A stretch of DNA of 64,000 bases from Gammaproteobacteria bacterium (GCA_030949385.1 JAUZSP010000002.1:200534-264533); one strand, 5' to 3'. Shown: positions 45,643 to 55,646, numbered from the stretch's first letter. A program made the numbers and translations. The notes: a model not told the origin generated them from the letters alone.

Positions 45643-47654
45643 TGTTTGGCCAACAGTGCTTTGAGGCCGTCGAGGTGGTTTTTGCCCGTTTTCAGGCGCT
45701 GTTCTGGATCGGGGTTTTCTTCTTTGCCCTCCCAATTTAACTCCTCTTCGGGCAGCTCAAACAGAAAGCGGCTCGGTTCACAACGGCTCTCTTCGCCGTA
45801 ACGTCTGCGCCGCTTGGCGTAGCTGAAGGTAAGGTTTTGTTGTGCGCGGGTGATGGCGACGTAGGCCAAACGGCGCTCCTCTTCTAAGTTATCTTCTTCG
45901 ATGCTGGTGCGGTGCGGCATCAGCTCCTCCTCCATGCCGATCACATAGACATAGGGAAACTCCAGGCCTTTGGCGGCGTGAACGGTCATCATTTGCACTT
46001 GGTTGTCACTGCTGTCGTCGCTGTCACGATCGAGAATGTTCATTAGAGTGATGCGATTGACGATGTCGGCCAGATCACGTTGCTGGCCGTTGTCGGTTTT
46101 TTTTGCCAGTTGTTCGACCCATTCCAGCAGTTCGGTGACGTTGTTCAGCCGTCGTTCTGCGCCTTTGGGGTCGCTGGCTTGGTCGCGCAGCCAGCTTTCG
46201 TAGTGAATTTCCTCTAGCAGTTGCTTGACTAACGGCAGCGGTTCTTCGTGGCGTGCGCGTTCGGCGGTCTGTGTTAACCAGCTGGAAAACTGTTCCAGAC
46301 GCTGTGCGGCACGTTCCGAGAGGCGAGATTTCAGCCCCCACTCCAAGCTGGAGATCAACATGCCATTTTCCCGTTCGCGGGCGTAACCGGCCAAGGTTTC
46401 CAAAGTGCTGGCACCGATCTCTCGTCGTGGGGTGTTGATGATGCGCAGAAAAGCGGTGTCGTCGTTGGGGTTGACCAGCAGGCGCAGATAGGCCATCACG
46501 TCTTTGACTTCGCTGCGTTCAAAAAAGGAGGTGCCACCGCTGACTTTATAGGGGATGTTGCGCAGCCGTAGGGAGCGTTCGAAGAGCCGAGATTGAAAAT
46601 TGCCTCGGTAGAGAATGGCGTAGTCGCTGTAGTTTTTTCCGCTGCGAAAGTGATGGCTGAGAATCTCTGAAGAGACCCATTCGGCTTCGTCTTCGGCGTT
46701 GCGACAAGGTACGATGCGCAGTGGATCACCGATGCTGAGATCGCTCCAGAGGCGTTTTTCAAACAGGTGGGGGTTTTTGCTGATCAGCTGATTGGCGCAG
46801 CGTAAAATGCGTTTACTGGAGCGGTAGTTTTGTTCCAGCTTGATCACTTTCAGGCGTGGGTAATCTTGCTGTAGTAAGTTGAGGTTCTCAGGGCGTGCGC
46901 CGCGCCACGCGTAGACCGATTGATCGTCATCGCCCACCGCAGTTAGGCCACCGAGTCGTCCCACCAGCAGTTTGACCAGTTCGTATTGAGTGGCGTTGGT
47001 GTCTTGATATTCGTCTACCAGCAGATGGCGGACGCGCTGTTGCCATTTTTCTCGTAGCTCGTCGTGCTCTTGCAACAGGCGCAGCGGCTGGATTATGAGG
47101 TCGTCAAAATCCACCGCATTGTAGGCCAGCAGCAGACGTTGGTAGCGTTGGTAAATTTTCGCGTTGTACTGTTCTTCGTCGTTGCTGGCCTGTTTGAGAG
47201 CTTGCTCGGGGTTGATAAAGTCGTTTTTCCAGCGGCCAATTTGATCTCGCAGAGATTCTTCTTCATTCAAACCACCAGCTCCGCCGTCGCGCAGCAGCTC
47301 TTTCAGAGCTGCCAAGCTGTCGGAAGCGTCCATAATGGTAAAACCGCGCTGAAAGCCGAGGCGATGACCCTCTTCGCGAAAGATCTTTAGACCCAGAGTG
47401 TGAAAGGTGGAGACAGAAAGCCCTTTGGCTTCTTGCTGAGAGAGCAGTTGACCGACGCGGGCTTTCATCTCCTTGGCGGCTTTGTTGGTGAAGGTGACGG
47501 CGTAGATGTGGTGAGCGGCCATACCGCTCTGCATCAGGTGGGCGATTTTTTGCGTAATAACGCGGGTTTTGCCGCTGCCTGCGCCTGCCAGCACCAGCAG
47601 CGGGGTCTCGGTGTGATTGACCGCTGCTTGTTGTTGTGGATTAAGTTGAGCCAT
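45639..47654 (-). CDS. rep: ATP-dependent DNA helicase Rep
   Basis: MAQLNPQQQAAV...LVLAGAGSGKTRVIT... Colinear with E. coli Rep. UvrD/Rep helicase motifs I-VI. Confidence 0.85.
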   Translation of the reverse strand: MAQLNPQQQAAVNHTETPLLVLAGAGSGKTRVITQKIAHLMQSGMAAHHIYAVTFTNKAAKEMKARVGQLLSQQEAKGLSVSTFHTLGLKIFREEGHRLGFQRGFTIMDASDSLAALKELLRDGGAGGLNEEESLRDQIGRWKNDFINPEQALKQASNDEEQYNAKIYQRYQRLLLAYNAVDFDDLIIQPLRLLQEHDELREKWQQRVRHLLVDEYQDTNATQYELVKLLVGRLGGLTAVGDDDQSVYAWRGARPENLNLLQQDYPRLKVIKLEQNYRSSKRILRCANQLISKNPHLFEKRLWSDLSIGDPLRIVPCRNAEDEAEWVSSEILSHHFRSGKNYSDYAILYRGNFQSRLFERSLRLRNIPYKVSGGTSFFERSEVKDVMAYLRLLVNPNDDTAFLRIINTPRREIGASTLETLAGYARERENGMLISSLEWGLKSRLSERAAQRLEQFSSWLTQTAERARHEEPLPLVKQLLEEIHYESWLRDQASDPKGAERRLNNVTELLEWVEQLAKKTDNGQQRDLADIVNRITLMNILDRDSDDSSDNQVQMMTVHAAKGLEFPYVYVIGMEEELMPHRTSIEEDNLEEERRLAYVAITRAQQNLTFSYAKRRRRYGEESRCEPSRFLFELPEEELNWEGKEENPDPEQRLKTGKNHLDGLKALLAKH

Positions 47655-47723
47655 GTTAAGACATTGTTCTATTTTGATAATTCGCGTTAGGATAGCAATT
47701 TTGTTGTGCCGTTGGGAGCTTAG

Positions 47724-48281
47724 GTGAACATTGATGCCCAAGGTTGGTTGTTAGAGGCGCGTTGGCAGCCATCGCCTAATTGTGATGCGCGTCCTGTGGG
47801 TGGGGTGGTGACTCTGCTGGTGGTTCACAACATCAGTTTGCCACCCGGTCAGTTTGGTGGTGATTACATTGATGCGCTGTTTTGCAACCGTTTGAATCCA
47901 GCGGACGATCCTTTTTTTGAGTCGATCAAAGGGCTTCAGGTCTCATCGCATCTGCTGATTCGTCGTGACGGTGAGGTGGTGCAGTACGTACCGTTTCAGC
48001 AGCGGGCGTGGCATGCGGGGGTGTCGAGTTACCAAGGCCGAGAGCGGTGCAATGATTTTTCCATCGGCATTGAGCTGGAGGGGATGGATCATCTGCCGTA
48101 TGAAGAGGATCAGTATCGGCGTTTGGCGGCGGTGATTGTGACTCTGTTGCGTGTGTACCCCAGCTTGAGTCGAGAGGCGTTGGTGGGGCATTGTGATATT
48201 GCTCCTGATCGAAAAACCGATCCTGGAGCGGCCTTTAATTGGGCGCGTTTGAATGCGTTATTGGATGCCGCATTAGGTTAG
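47724..48281 (+). CDS. ampD: 1,6-anhydro-N-acetylmuramyl-L-alanine amidase
   Basis: Amidase_2 motifs (HNISLPPG, AWHAGVSSYQG, GIELEG, GHCDIAPDRKTDPG). Confidence 0.9.
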   Translation: MNIDAQGWLLEARWQPSPNCDARPVGGVVTLLVVHNISLPPGQFGGDYIDALFCNRLNPADDPFFESIKGLQVSSHLLIRRDGEVVQYVPFQQRAWHAGVSSYQGRERCNDFSIGIELEGMDHLPYEEDQYRRLAAVIVTLLRVYPSLSREALVGHCDIAPDRKTDPGAAFNWARLNALLDAALG

Positions 48282-48326
48282 TTTATCAAGGACAGTTACT
48301 GTTACGCGCGTTGCAAGGGTTCTGTT

Positions 48327-49220
48327 ATGACATTGATTACCATTTTGCTGGCTCTGATTTTAGATCGTCTGCTGACCTCACATAAACATTGGCGCAGCCT
48401 CTGTATTTTTAACCGTTATGTTGATGGGTTGATGCCGCGCCTGAAGTTAAAGCCAGAACAGGCGTATTTAGGTATTTTTGCGGTGTTACTGATTCCTATT
48501 TCCCTGCTGTTGTTTGGTCAAACTTTGGTGGCTGGGGTGTGGCTGGATCTCTTTAGCGTGGCTTTGGGTGCGGTGGTGCTGTTGGTCTGTTTGGGGCCAT
48601 TGGATTGGGATTGGGCGGTGGATAAATACTTGAAAGCACGCAAACGAGGTGATGATGAGACGGCGCACAAACGGGCGTACGATGTGATGGGTGAACAGCC
48701 TCCGCAAGATAAAAATGAGCAGATTTTGGCCGTGACTCGTACTTTATTGATTCAATCGGGAGATCAATTATTAGCGGTGTTGTTTTGGTTTGTCATTTTT
48801 GGTCCGGCTGGGGCGATGGCCTATCGTTTCAGTGCGCATTTAGTCAATGATCCACCGCATTGGTTTGCGCATCATCCGCAGGCTCGCCAAGCAGCGCGTT
48901 ATTGGTTGGGCTGGTTTGGTTGGCTGCCGACGCGCATGGTGGCGATTGGTTACGCTTTGACCGGCAGTTTTGAAGATGTGATGCATCGTCTCAAAGAGTT
49001 GCGCCCCTTGGCGCATCCGCTGGACGGCAATCATACCTTGTTGCTGGAAACGGGCTGTGCCGCTCTGCATAAAGAGGTCAATGATCTGTTGCCGCACGGC
49101 TATCCTCATGAGGTGCCTCACCTCTCTTTGGTACGCAGTGCGCGGGCGTTGGCGCTGCGTACCTTGTTGGTGTGGCTGAGTTTGTTGTCGTTGCTGACCT
49201 TGGTGGGTTGGTTTGCATAA
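48327..49220 (+). CDS. ampE: AmpE-like inner-membrane protein
   Basis: About 300 aa, 4-6 TM. Immediately downstream of ampD as in the enterobacterial ampDE operon. Confidence 0.75.
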   Translation: MTLITILLALILDRLLTSHKHWRSLCIFNRYVDGLMPRLKLKPEQAYLGIFAVLLIPISLLLFGQTLVAGVWLDLFSVALGAVVLLVCLGPLDWDWAVDKYLKARKRGDDETAHKRAYDVMGEQPPQDKNEQILAVTRTLLIQSGDQLLAVLFWFVIFGPAGAMAYRFSAHLVNDPPHWFAHHPQARQAARYWLGWFGWLPTRMVAIGYALTGSFEDVMHRLKELRPLAHPLDGNHTLLLETGCAALHKEVNDLLPHGYPHEVPHLSLVRSARALALRTLLVWLSLLSLLTLVGWFA

Positions 49221-49238
49221 AATAGGAGAAGAACGGTC

Positions 49239-49829
49239 GTGTTGATGGATTTTTTGCGTCACGGTGAGCCTGAAGGTGGACGGCGTTATCGAGGTCACGG
49301 TTGTGATGATCCTCTTACAGAAAAAGGCTGGAATCAGATGTGGGGGGCTGTTTCTGGTACTCTGCCGTGGGGTCGGGTTGTGAGTTCGCCGCTGATGCGC
49401 TGCAAGGCTTTTGCAGAGTCGTTCGCGCAACAAGAGGGATTGCCTTGGGAGGTTCGCGAAGATCTAAAAGAGGTGGGGTTTGGTTGCTGGGAGGGGCGTG
49501 ATCGAACGGAGTTGATGGCCGATCCTAAGGCCGGTTTTGAGGCTTTTTATGCTGATCCGGTCAATTGTCGTCCGCAAGGTGCGGAGGATTTGGCGGCTTT
49601 TATCGCTCGTGTGGGTGCGGTGATGGATAATTTGCAGGATGAATATCAAGACGAACACCTGTTGGTGGTGGCACACGCTGGGGTGATTCGAGCGGCGCTT
49701 GCGCATGTGACGGGGCTTTCGGCGGCGGGCATGTATCAAGTGAAAGTAGGCAACGGTGAGTTGAGCCGTTTTGAGCTGCATAAAAAGAAACCAAGTCTGT
49801 TGGTTTTTCACGGTTTAAAGCGGCTGTAG
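49239..49829 (+). CDS. Histidine phosphatase family protein (phosphoglycerate-mutase-like)
   Basis: RHG motif LRHGEPEGG, second His in VVAHAGVIRA. Confidence 0.7.
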   Translation: MLMDFLRHGEPEGGRRYRGHGCDDPLTEKGWNQMWGAVSGTLPWGRVVSSPLMRCKAFAESFAQQEGLPWEVREDLKEVGFGCWEGRDRTELMADPKAGFEAFYADPVNCRPQGAEDLAAFIARVGAVMDNLQDEYQDEHLLVVAHAGVIRAALAHVTGLSAAGMYQVKVGNGELSRFELHKKKPSLLVFHGLKRL

Positions 49830-49845
49830 GATAAGATGATCATGC

Positions 49846-49865
49846 AGGACAGGACAGGACAGGAC
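49846..49865 (+). repeat. (AGGAC)x4 pentanucleotide tandem repeat in the RBS region of the GGDEF gene
   Basis: Four perfect direct copies AGGACAGGACAGGACAGGAC ending 7 nt before the ATG at 49873. Each copy contains an SD-like AGGA. Confidence 0.9.
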
Positions 49866-49872
49866 AAAATTT

Positions 49873-51081
49873 ATGCGTTTGGGTGACTTAACAACACAGA
49901 TTGCCCTGCACGAAGGCGAATTGAGCGCCACGCAGCAAACATTGTTGCTGCAACAGACCGATGTCGATTTGGCTACGCTTTCTTTGGCTTCCGTTCTGTT
50001 GCTCTCTTTGGGAATGCTCTGGTCTTGGAGTGTACTGGAGTTTCCCGCTGCTGAGCGACCTTTGATAAGTCTCTTGATGGGTGGTTTTTTTCTCGGTGCG
50101 CTGTTGCGGGTGTTTGCTTTTATCAGCCTGAAAAAATCGTTTTACCGCACTCATCAGGCACACTGGCGAAGGCTCTTTTTTAGCGGTGTGGTGTTGACGG
50201 CGGCAACTTGGGGGCTGTTTGTTGGTGTGCTGATTGTGCAGTTTGGTTTTGGTTGGCAATCTTGGGTTTATGTGATGGCGAGCGCTGGAGTGGGTGTGGG
50301 CGGTGCGCTGAATTTTTGTATGTGGAAAAAACTGGCGGTTTTTCATGTGTTGCTGGTGTTTACTCCGCTGCTGCTGGTTTATCTCTGGTTGGGTGGTGAT
50401 CCAGGTCACAGCGCCTTGTTGGCCGGTGGCATCTATCTGTTGCTGCTGTTTGTCCATATTGCCTATTGGAACCGCCGTTATTGGGAGTCGATGATTAATG
50501 TGCAGATGCTGAAAAACATTGGCAAAGCGCTGGAAGAGTCCAATGTTCGCCTTTACACCTCGGCCAATACCGACTCCCTGACCGGTTTGGCCAATCGTAT
50601 GCGTTTGGATGAGGTCTTTGCTCATTTGCATAATGTGTATGAACGTTATCAAACTTCGTATGCGGTGGTGATGGTGGATCTGGATCATTTTAAGCAGGTG
50701 AATGATCGTTACGGTCATCATGTCGGCGATGAGGTGCTCTGTTTTGCTGCACAGCAGTTTGAGCAAGGGTTGCGAAAAAGCGATTTAGTTGGGCGCTGGG
50801 GCGGCGAAGAGTTTCTGTTGCTGCTGCCTGAAAGTGATTTGAATGGGGCATACCGTCTGGCCGAAAGCCTGCGTTTGCGTTTGAATCAAGCAGAGCACTC
50901 AGGGGTGGGGCGGATCAGCGCCTGCTTTGGGGTGACGGTTGTGGAAAGGGGAGATACGGTAGACGATTTACTCAAACGAGCGGATCGGGCGCTTTATGTG
51001 GCAAAACAGAGCGGTCGGAACCGTGTCTGTGTGGCCGATGAAAATCCAATGCCGGAAGAGCCACTGCAAAAGCGCGCTTAA
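49873..51081 (+). CDS. Membrane-anchored diguanylate cyclase (GGDEF domain)
   Basis: About 6 N-terminal TM helices. GGEEF active-site motif (RWGGEEFLLLL). RxxD-like inhibitory-site region. Confidence 0.85.
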   Translation: MRLGDLTTQIALHEGELSATQQTLLLQQTDVDLATLSLASVLLLSLGMLWSWSVLEFPAAERPLISLLMGGFFLGALLRVFAFISLKKSFYRTHQAHWRRLFFSGVVLTAATWGLFVGVLIVQFGFGWQSWVYVMASAGVGVGGALNFCMWKKLAVFHVLLVFTPLLLVYLWLGGDPGHSALLAGGIYLLLLFVHIAYWNRRYWESMINVQMLKNIGKALEESNVRLYTSANTDSLTGLANRMRLDEVFAHLHNVYERYQTSYAVVMVDLDHFKQVNDRYGHHVGDEVLCFAAQQFEQGLRKSDLVGRWGGEEFLLLLPESDLNGAYRLAESLRLRLNQAEHSGVGRISACFGVTVVERGDTVDDLLKRADRALYVAKQSGRNRVCVADENPMPEEPLQKRA

Positions 51082-51827
51082 AGTTGAGCAAGGCAGGGCA
51101 GTTCCAGTTTGAACTGCTCTGCTTGTTGACGGGCTCGCGCCAAACGAGCCGGAGCGCTGCGTCCCATGCAGTTGTGTTGCAGATCGCCCTCAAACGCCAG
51201 CAGCATCGCGTCAATCAGGGCTTCGCTTTCCAGTGGTTGATCAACCAATTTTTCCTGAATCGCTAAAATATCCTGAATCAAGTCACGAGCAAAACCTTCG
51301 TGATTCTGCCACAGCTCACCCACGTTGCCGCCGACGTTGAGACCGGCCAAATTGCTGAGCAAAATATAGAGATTTTTGCGTACCAGCTCAAACAGCAGTT
51401 CGGCCTCTGAACCTAAAACTACGCTGGTAATATTGAGTTTGCCCAAGGCGTTGGCCATCAGCGCAGCGTGAGGGCCGTAAACAGGCGAGGCTATGATCAC
51501 TTTGGCTTCGATGGCCGGTTTTTTCTCAAACCAGACGGAAATAACCGTTGGATTGGTGATGCCGTGCTGGATCCAATCTCTGGGCAGCAGTTCGTTTTGC
51601 AGCAGAGCAAGGCGATCTTTCCACACTTTGGGCAGCTGTTTTAAGGTGTCTTGCAGATCCGCTTCGCCAACGGCGAGCAACACCAAAACGGGCTTGATCT
51701 GTTCGGAGAGGTTCTGCATATCTTCGTGCCGTCCAACAGGGTAGATCGGATGACCGCTGCGCAAAAAACCGCGCGCAAAAACGCCGCCCATTTCACCGAT
51801 GCCGATAATCACCACGGGATCTAACAT
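51078..51827 (-). CDS. NAD(P)-binding Rossmann-fold protein (ketopantoate-reductase-like/DUF2520-like)
   Basis: N-terminal VVIIGIGEMGG dinucleotide motif. Convergent with the GGDEF gene, sharing a palindromic TTAA in which both stop codons overlap. Confidence 0.4.
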   Translation of the reverse strand: MLDPVVIIGIGEMGGVFARGFLRSGHPIYPVGRHEDMQNLSEQIKPVLVLLAVGEADLQDTLKQLPKVWKDRLALLQNELLPRDWIQHGITNPTVISVWFEKKPAIEAKVIIASPVYGPHAALMANALGKLNITSVVLGSEAELLFELVRKNLYILLSNLAGLNVGGNVGELWQNHEGFARDLIQDILAIQEKLVDQPLESEALIDAMLLAFEGDLQHNCMGRSAPARLARARQQAEQFKLELPCLAQL

Positions 51828-51947
51828 AATGTACTCCTGATAAAATTGTATTTGGGATTGTAGCAGCAGTTTGGGATTGAAATGAGGCGTTCAAGAATTT
51901 CAAGAGCTGTTAAAATCCCCCCTTTTTTTGTATGAGCATCGAGGAGA

Positions 51948-52736
51948 GTGGTGATGAAAAGCGCGTATTTGAGTAAGGCGATTGAAGCGGCTGAGGCGGC
52001 TCAAGAGGTGATTCGTCACTACTACCGTGGTGATAAACTCAATACCCAACTGAAAGAAGATCAAAGTCCGGTGACGGTGGCGGATGTGGAGACGGAGAAG
52101 GTCATCAAAGAGGTGCTGTTGGGCGCTTTTCCTGAGCACGGTACCTTTGGTGAAGAGACCGGCAAAGACAATCCCGATGCGGAGTTTACTTGGTTAATTG
52201 ATCCCATCGACGGTACGAAAAGTTTTGTTCGCCAGTATCCGCTTTTTTCTACGCAAATCGCGTTGATGCAGGGTGATGAGATCATTTTGGGGGTCTCTAA
52301 CTCGCCCATTTACGAGGAGCTGGCTTACGCTGAAAAGGGCAAGGGTGCCTTTATGAATGATGAGCCCATTCGGGTCAGCGGTGAAACGAGTCTGGCAAAG
52401 TCAATTTTGTCGATGGGTAACATTGAGACTTTGGCAAAGAATGAAACTGCTTGGAAACAGATGGCGAAGATTATCGGTGAAGTGAATCGCACCCGAGGGT
52501 ATGGGGATTATTACCATTATCATCTGCTTGCGGCGGGCAGCATTGATGTTGTGTTGGAGTCTGATGTGAATATTCTCGACATCGCTCCCGCCAGCATTAT
52601 TATTCAAGAGGCCGGTGGGGTCTTTACTGATCTTGCAGGTAAGCCGGTGGGCTTGGATACCACTTCCGTGCTGGCGGCGGCCAGCCCAGAGCTGTACAAG
52701 GCGATTAGTGATCGTTTGATTTGTTGTCGGGGTTAA
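51948..52736 (+). CDS. Inositol-monophosphatase family protein (SuhB/HisN-like)
   Basis: FGEE...WLIDPIDGTKSFV and later WDxAAG-like motifs of the IMPase fold. Confidence 0.8.
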   Translation: MVMKSAYLSKAIEAAEAAQEVIRHYYRGDKLNTQLKEDQSPVTVADVETEKVIKEVLLGAFPEHGTFGEETGKDNPDAEFTWLIDPIDGTKSFVRQYPLFSTQIALMQGDEIILGVSNSPIYEELAYAEKGKGAFMNDEPIRVSGETSLAKSILSMGNIETLAKNETAWKQMAKIIGEVNRTRGYGDYYHYHLLAAGSIDVVLESDVNILDIAPASIIIQEAGGVFTDLAGKPVGLDTTSVLAAASPELYKAISDRLICCRG

Positions 52737-52747
52737 GCTTTTCAGGT

Positions 52748-53806
52748 TTAGCAGATGCGGGGCAACTGCTCACCTACCAACATGTCCACAATGCGTTCAC
52801 CGCCAAAGCTTGTTTTGAGAATGACCCGTTCTGCAGGCGTGGCCAACACGTCTCCGATGATGGCGCTTTTTTGACCGGCGGGGTGTTGTTGCATGGTGGC
52901 CAATACCGCTTCTGCGTGTTTGGCGGGGACGATGGCAATCACTTTGCCCTCGTTGGCCAAGTAGAGCGGATCAAGGCCTAAAATTTCACACATGCCGCGT
53001 ACCTCTTGGCGAATCGGAATGGCGGTTTCATTTAGTCGGATTGCCACTTGGCTGCTGCTGGCAAATTCGTTTAGCACCGTGGCCACTCCGCCTCGGGTGG
53101 CGTCCCGCATACAGCGAATTTCAGGACAGGTCTGCAACATCGCTTCGATGAGGCCATTGAGGGGTTGGCAATCGGATTGAATGTTATTTTCCATCGCCAG
53201 TTCGCCCCGCGCATCGACAATGGCCGCGCCGTGATCACCCAGATAACCGTTGATGATGACCTTGTCGCCCACGTGTGCGTGGTGAGCAGCGAGATTGAGG
53301 TGAGGGGCAATCACGCCAACCCCTGCGGTGTTGATAAACAGCTTGTCCGCCGCGCCGCGTTGCACCACTTTGGTATCGCCGGTGACAATCGCCACTCCGG
53401 CAGCGTCCGCAGCCTGTTTCATTGATGCGACCACACGCCGTAGCGTTGCCACGGGCAGACCCTCTTCGATGATCATGCCGCAGCTCAAATAGAGCGGTTT
53501 GGCGCCGCCAACGGCCAAATCATTGACCGTGCCACAGACCGCCAGCTCACCGATGTCACCCCCAGGAAAAAACAGCGGGTCAACCACATAGGAGTCGGTG
53601 GTCATGGCCAGTTGAGAGCCGTATTGAGCGAGATCCGACAGCTCAAAACGGGCTTGATCTTCCAAGCCTGTGAGGTGCTCATTATCAAAACCACTGACAA
53701 AAACATCGTCGATCAGGTCACGCATGGCTTTGCCACCTGCGCCGTGGGCGAGGGTGATGGTGTCGGCTCTGAGTGTTCGTTTATTTCGAATTGGGGCGGG
53801 TTTCAC
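52748..53806 (-). CDS. hypE: [NiFe]-hydrogenase maturation protein HypE
   Basis: AIR-synthase-related fold. C-terminal ...GEQLPRIC (the PRIC thiocyanate-carrying cysteine motif). Confidence 0.9.
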   Translation of the reverse strand: MKPAPIRNKRTLRADTITLAHGAGGKAMRDLIDDVFVSGFDNEHLTGLEDQARFELSDLAQYGSQLAMTTDSYVVDPLFFPGGDIGELAVCGTVNDLAVGGAKPLYLSCGMIIEEGLPVATLRRVVASMKQAADAAGVAIVTGDTKVVQRGAADKLFINTAGVGVIAPHLNLAAHHAHVGDKVIINGYLGDHGAAIVDARGELAMENNIQSDCQPLNGLIEAMLQTCPEIRCMRDATRGGVATVLNEFASSSQVAIRLNETAIPIRQEVRGMCEILGLDPLYLANEGKVIAIVPAKHAEAVLATMQQHPAGQKSAIIGDVLATPAERVILKTSFGGERIVDMLVGEQLPRIC

Positions 53807-54963
53807 GCAGATTCTCCGTCATTAGAGGTTGATTTACGCTTGGCTAGCAGTTCTGGTAAGTTGCCGAAATTGTAGTAGGCGGCGCAGGCACCTTCAGAGG
53901 AGACCATTAATGCTCCCATTGGGGTTTCAGGGTTACACTGACTGCCAAACACTTTGCATTGCCAAGGGCGAATCGCTCCTTTGAGCACCTCACCGCATTG
54001 ACATGCTTTGGGATCTGCAATTTTTAGGTTGGGAATCTGAAATTTTTTCTCGGCATCAAAATCAACGTATTTCTCGCGCATCTTCACCCCAGAGTGATCA
54101 ATGGAACCGAGGCCGCGCCATTCAAAAAATTCTCGTAATTCAAACACCTCTTGAATGGCGTTGAGCGCCGGAGTATTGCCCTCTTTAGGCACCACGCGCG
54201 CGTATTGGTTTTCCACCGTGCAGCGTTTTTCCGCCAGTTGTTTGAGGGTCATCCAGATGGATTGCAAAATATCCAGAGGTTCAAATCCGGTGATCACCAA
54301 AGGGCGTTGATAGTGCTCAGCGACAAATTCAAAGGGGGTTTCTCCTACGACCATGCAGACATGGCCGGGAGCCAAAAAGGCATCGATGCGCATGTCAGGT
54401 GAGTCGAGAATGGCTTTGATGGTGGGTACGGTGGTGATGTGATTGCAAAACAGAGCAAAGTTTTTAATGCCGTCACGTTCGGCTTGTTGCACCGTCAATG
54501 CGGTGCTGGGCATGGTGGTCTCAAAGCCGAGGGCGAAAAAGATCACCTGTTTTTCAGGGTTTTTACGCGCCAAGTTGAGGGCATCCAGTGGCGAATAGAC
54601 CATGCGGATGTCGGCTCCCTCTGCTTTGGCTTGCAGCAGGCTCTTTTTGGAGCCAGGCACGCGCATGGCATCGCCAAAGGTGGTGAAGATCACATTGGGG
54701 CGTTCGGCTAAGGAGACGCAGTCATCCACTCGTCCCATGGGCAGCACGCAGACGGGGCAGCCGGGCCCATGTACCAGTTCAATCCAATCGGGCAGCATCT
54801 GTTCGATGCCGTAGCGAAAGATGGTGTGGGTGTGTCCACCGCAAAACTCCATTAACTGAAGAGGGCGATGTTTTGTGTCTGGTAGGGCGTTTTTTAGGCC
54901 GTTAATCTGTTTGATCAGTTGTTGCGCCTTGTCAGGATCGCGGAATTCGTCAACGTATTTCAT
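53803..54963 (-). CDS. hypD: [NiFe]-hydrogenase maturation protein HypD
   Basis: Conserved HypD Cys motifs (CGGHTH, GPGCPVC, FEPL..). 386 aa. Confidence 0.9.
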   Translation of the reverse strand: MKYVDEFRDPDKAQQLIKQINGLKNALPDTKHRPLQLMEFCGGHTHTIFRYGIEQMLPDWIELVHGPGCPVCVLPMGRVDDCVSLAERPNVIFTTFGDAMRVPGSKKSLLQAKAEGADIRMVYSPLDALNLARKNPEKQVIFFALGFETTMPSTALTVQQAERDGIKNFALFCNHITTVPTIKAILDSPDMRIDAFLAPGHVCMVVGETPFEFVAEHYQRPLVITGFEPLDILQSIWMTLKQLAEKRCTVENQYARVVPKEGNTPALNAIQEVFELREFFEWRGLGSIDHSGVKMREKYVDFDAEKKFQIPNLKIADPKACQCGEVLKGAIRPWQCKVFGSQCNPETPMGALMVSSEGACAAYYNFGNLPELLAKRKSTSNDGESA

Positions 54964-55646
54964 GTTTTATTTCCCAAGTTGCCACGCTGGTCGGCCAGCA
55001 GGGTGTGGGTCAGATCCCAGAGGATGTGATAACAGGTGAGGTGAATTTCTTGGACTCGATGAATGGAGTCACTTTCCACCACTAAGCAGTGATCCAGCAG
55101 GCCCGAGCGGCGCATTTCGCCACCATCCCCCCCCGTAAAACCAAGGGTTACCATGCCGATCTGTTTGGCTTTTTGGTAGGCTTTCAGCAGATTTTCAGAG
55201 TTGCCGCTGGTAGAAAACCCCACCAGACCGTCACCGGCTTGGCCGTAAGCTTCCAGTTGGCGAGAGAATATCTGTGCCATACCCACGTCGTTGCCCACCG
55301 CAGTCATCATGGCGTTATCGGCGGAGAGGTTGTGAGCGGGCAGTGCCGGTCGTCCTGCGGTGACTGGATGTTGAAACTCCACCGCAAAGTGAGCCGCATC
55401 ACAACTGGAGCCGCCATTGCCCATGCTGTAGAGGCGGTGCTGTTGTTGATAGAGCTTGGCCAAGCTGGTGGCAGCGGCCAGCAGCGCCGCGCCATTTTTG
55501 GCAAAAAAGCGTTTTTTCTCGGCACGACTGTGTTCCGCTTTTTGCTGGATGGAGTCCAGCAGCGCGGCGTTTTGTTGCACGGGTTCTTTTTTCTGACCGT
55601 GCAGAAAAGGGTAGAGGGCGTGCAACGATTCTGTGTTGTCGCTCAT
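54960..55646 (-). CDS. SIS-domain protein, paralog of phosphoheptose isomerase GmhA/DiaA, embedded in the hyp operon
   Basis: GNGGSSCDAAHFAVEF and GNDVGMAQIFSRQLEA...GFSTSGNSENL...TGGDGGEM blocks are colinear with E. coli GmhA. ATGA overlaps with hypC upstream and hypD downstream. Confidence 0.8.
   Translation of the reverse strand: MSDNTESLHALYPFLHGQKKEPVQQNAALLDSIQQKAEHSRAEKKRFFAKNGAALLAAATSLAKLYQQQHRLYSMGNGGSSCDAAHFAVEFQHPVTAGRPALPAHNLSADNAMMTAVGNDVGMAQIFSRQLEAYGQAGDGLVGFSTSGNSENLLKAYQKAKQIGMVTLGFTGGDGGEMRRSGLLDHCLVVESDSIHRVQEIHLTCYHILWDLTHTLLADQRGNLGNKT

Noticed and set aside
49846-49865. (AGGAC)4 as a CRISPR or other array
   Set aside because: Only 20 bp of contiguous pentamers with no spacers. 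It is a simple microsatellite in an RBS.
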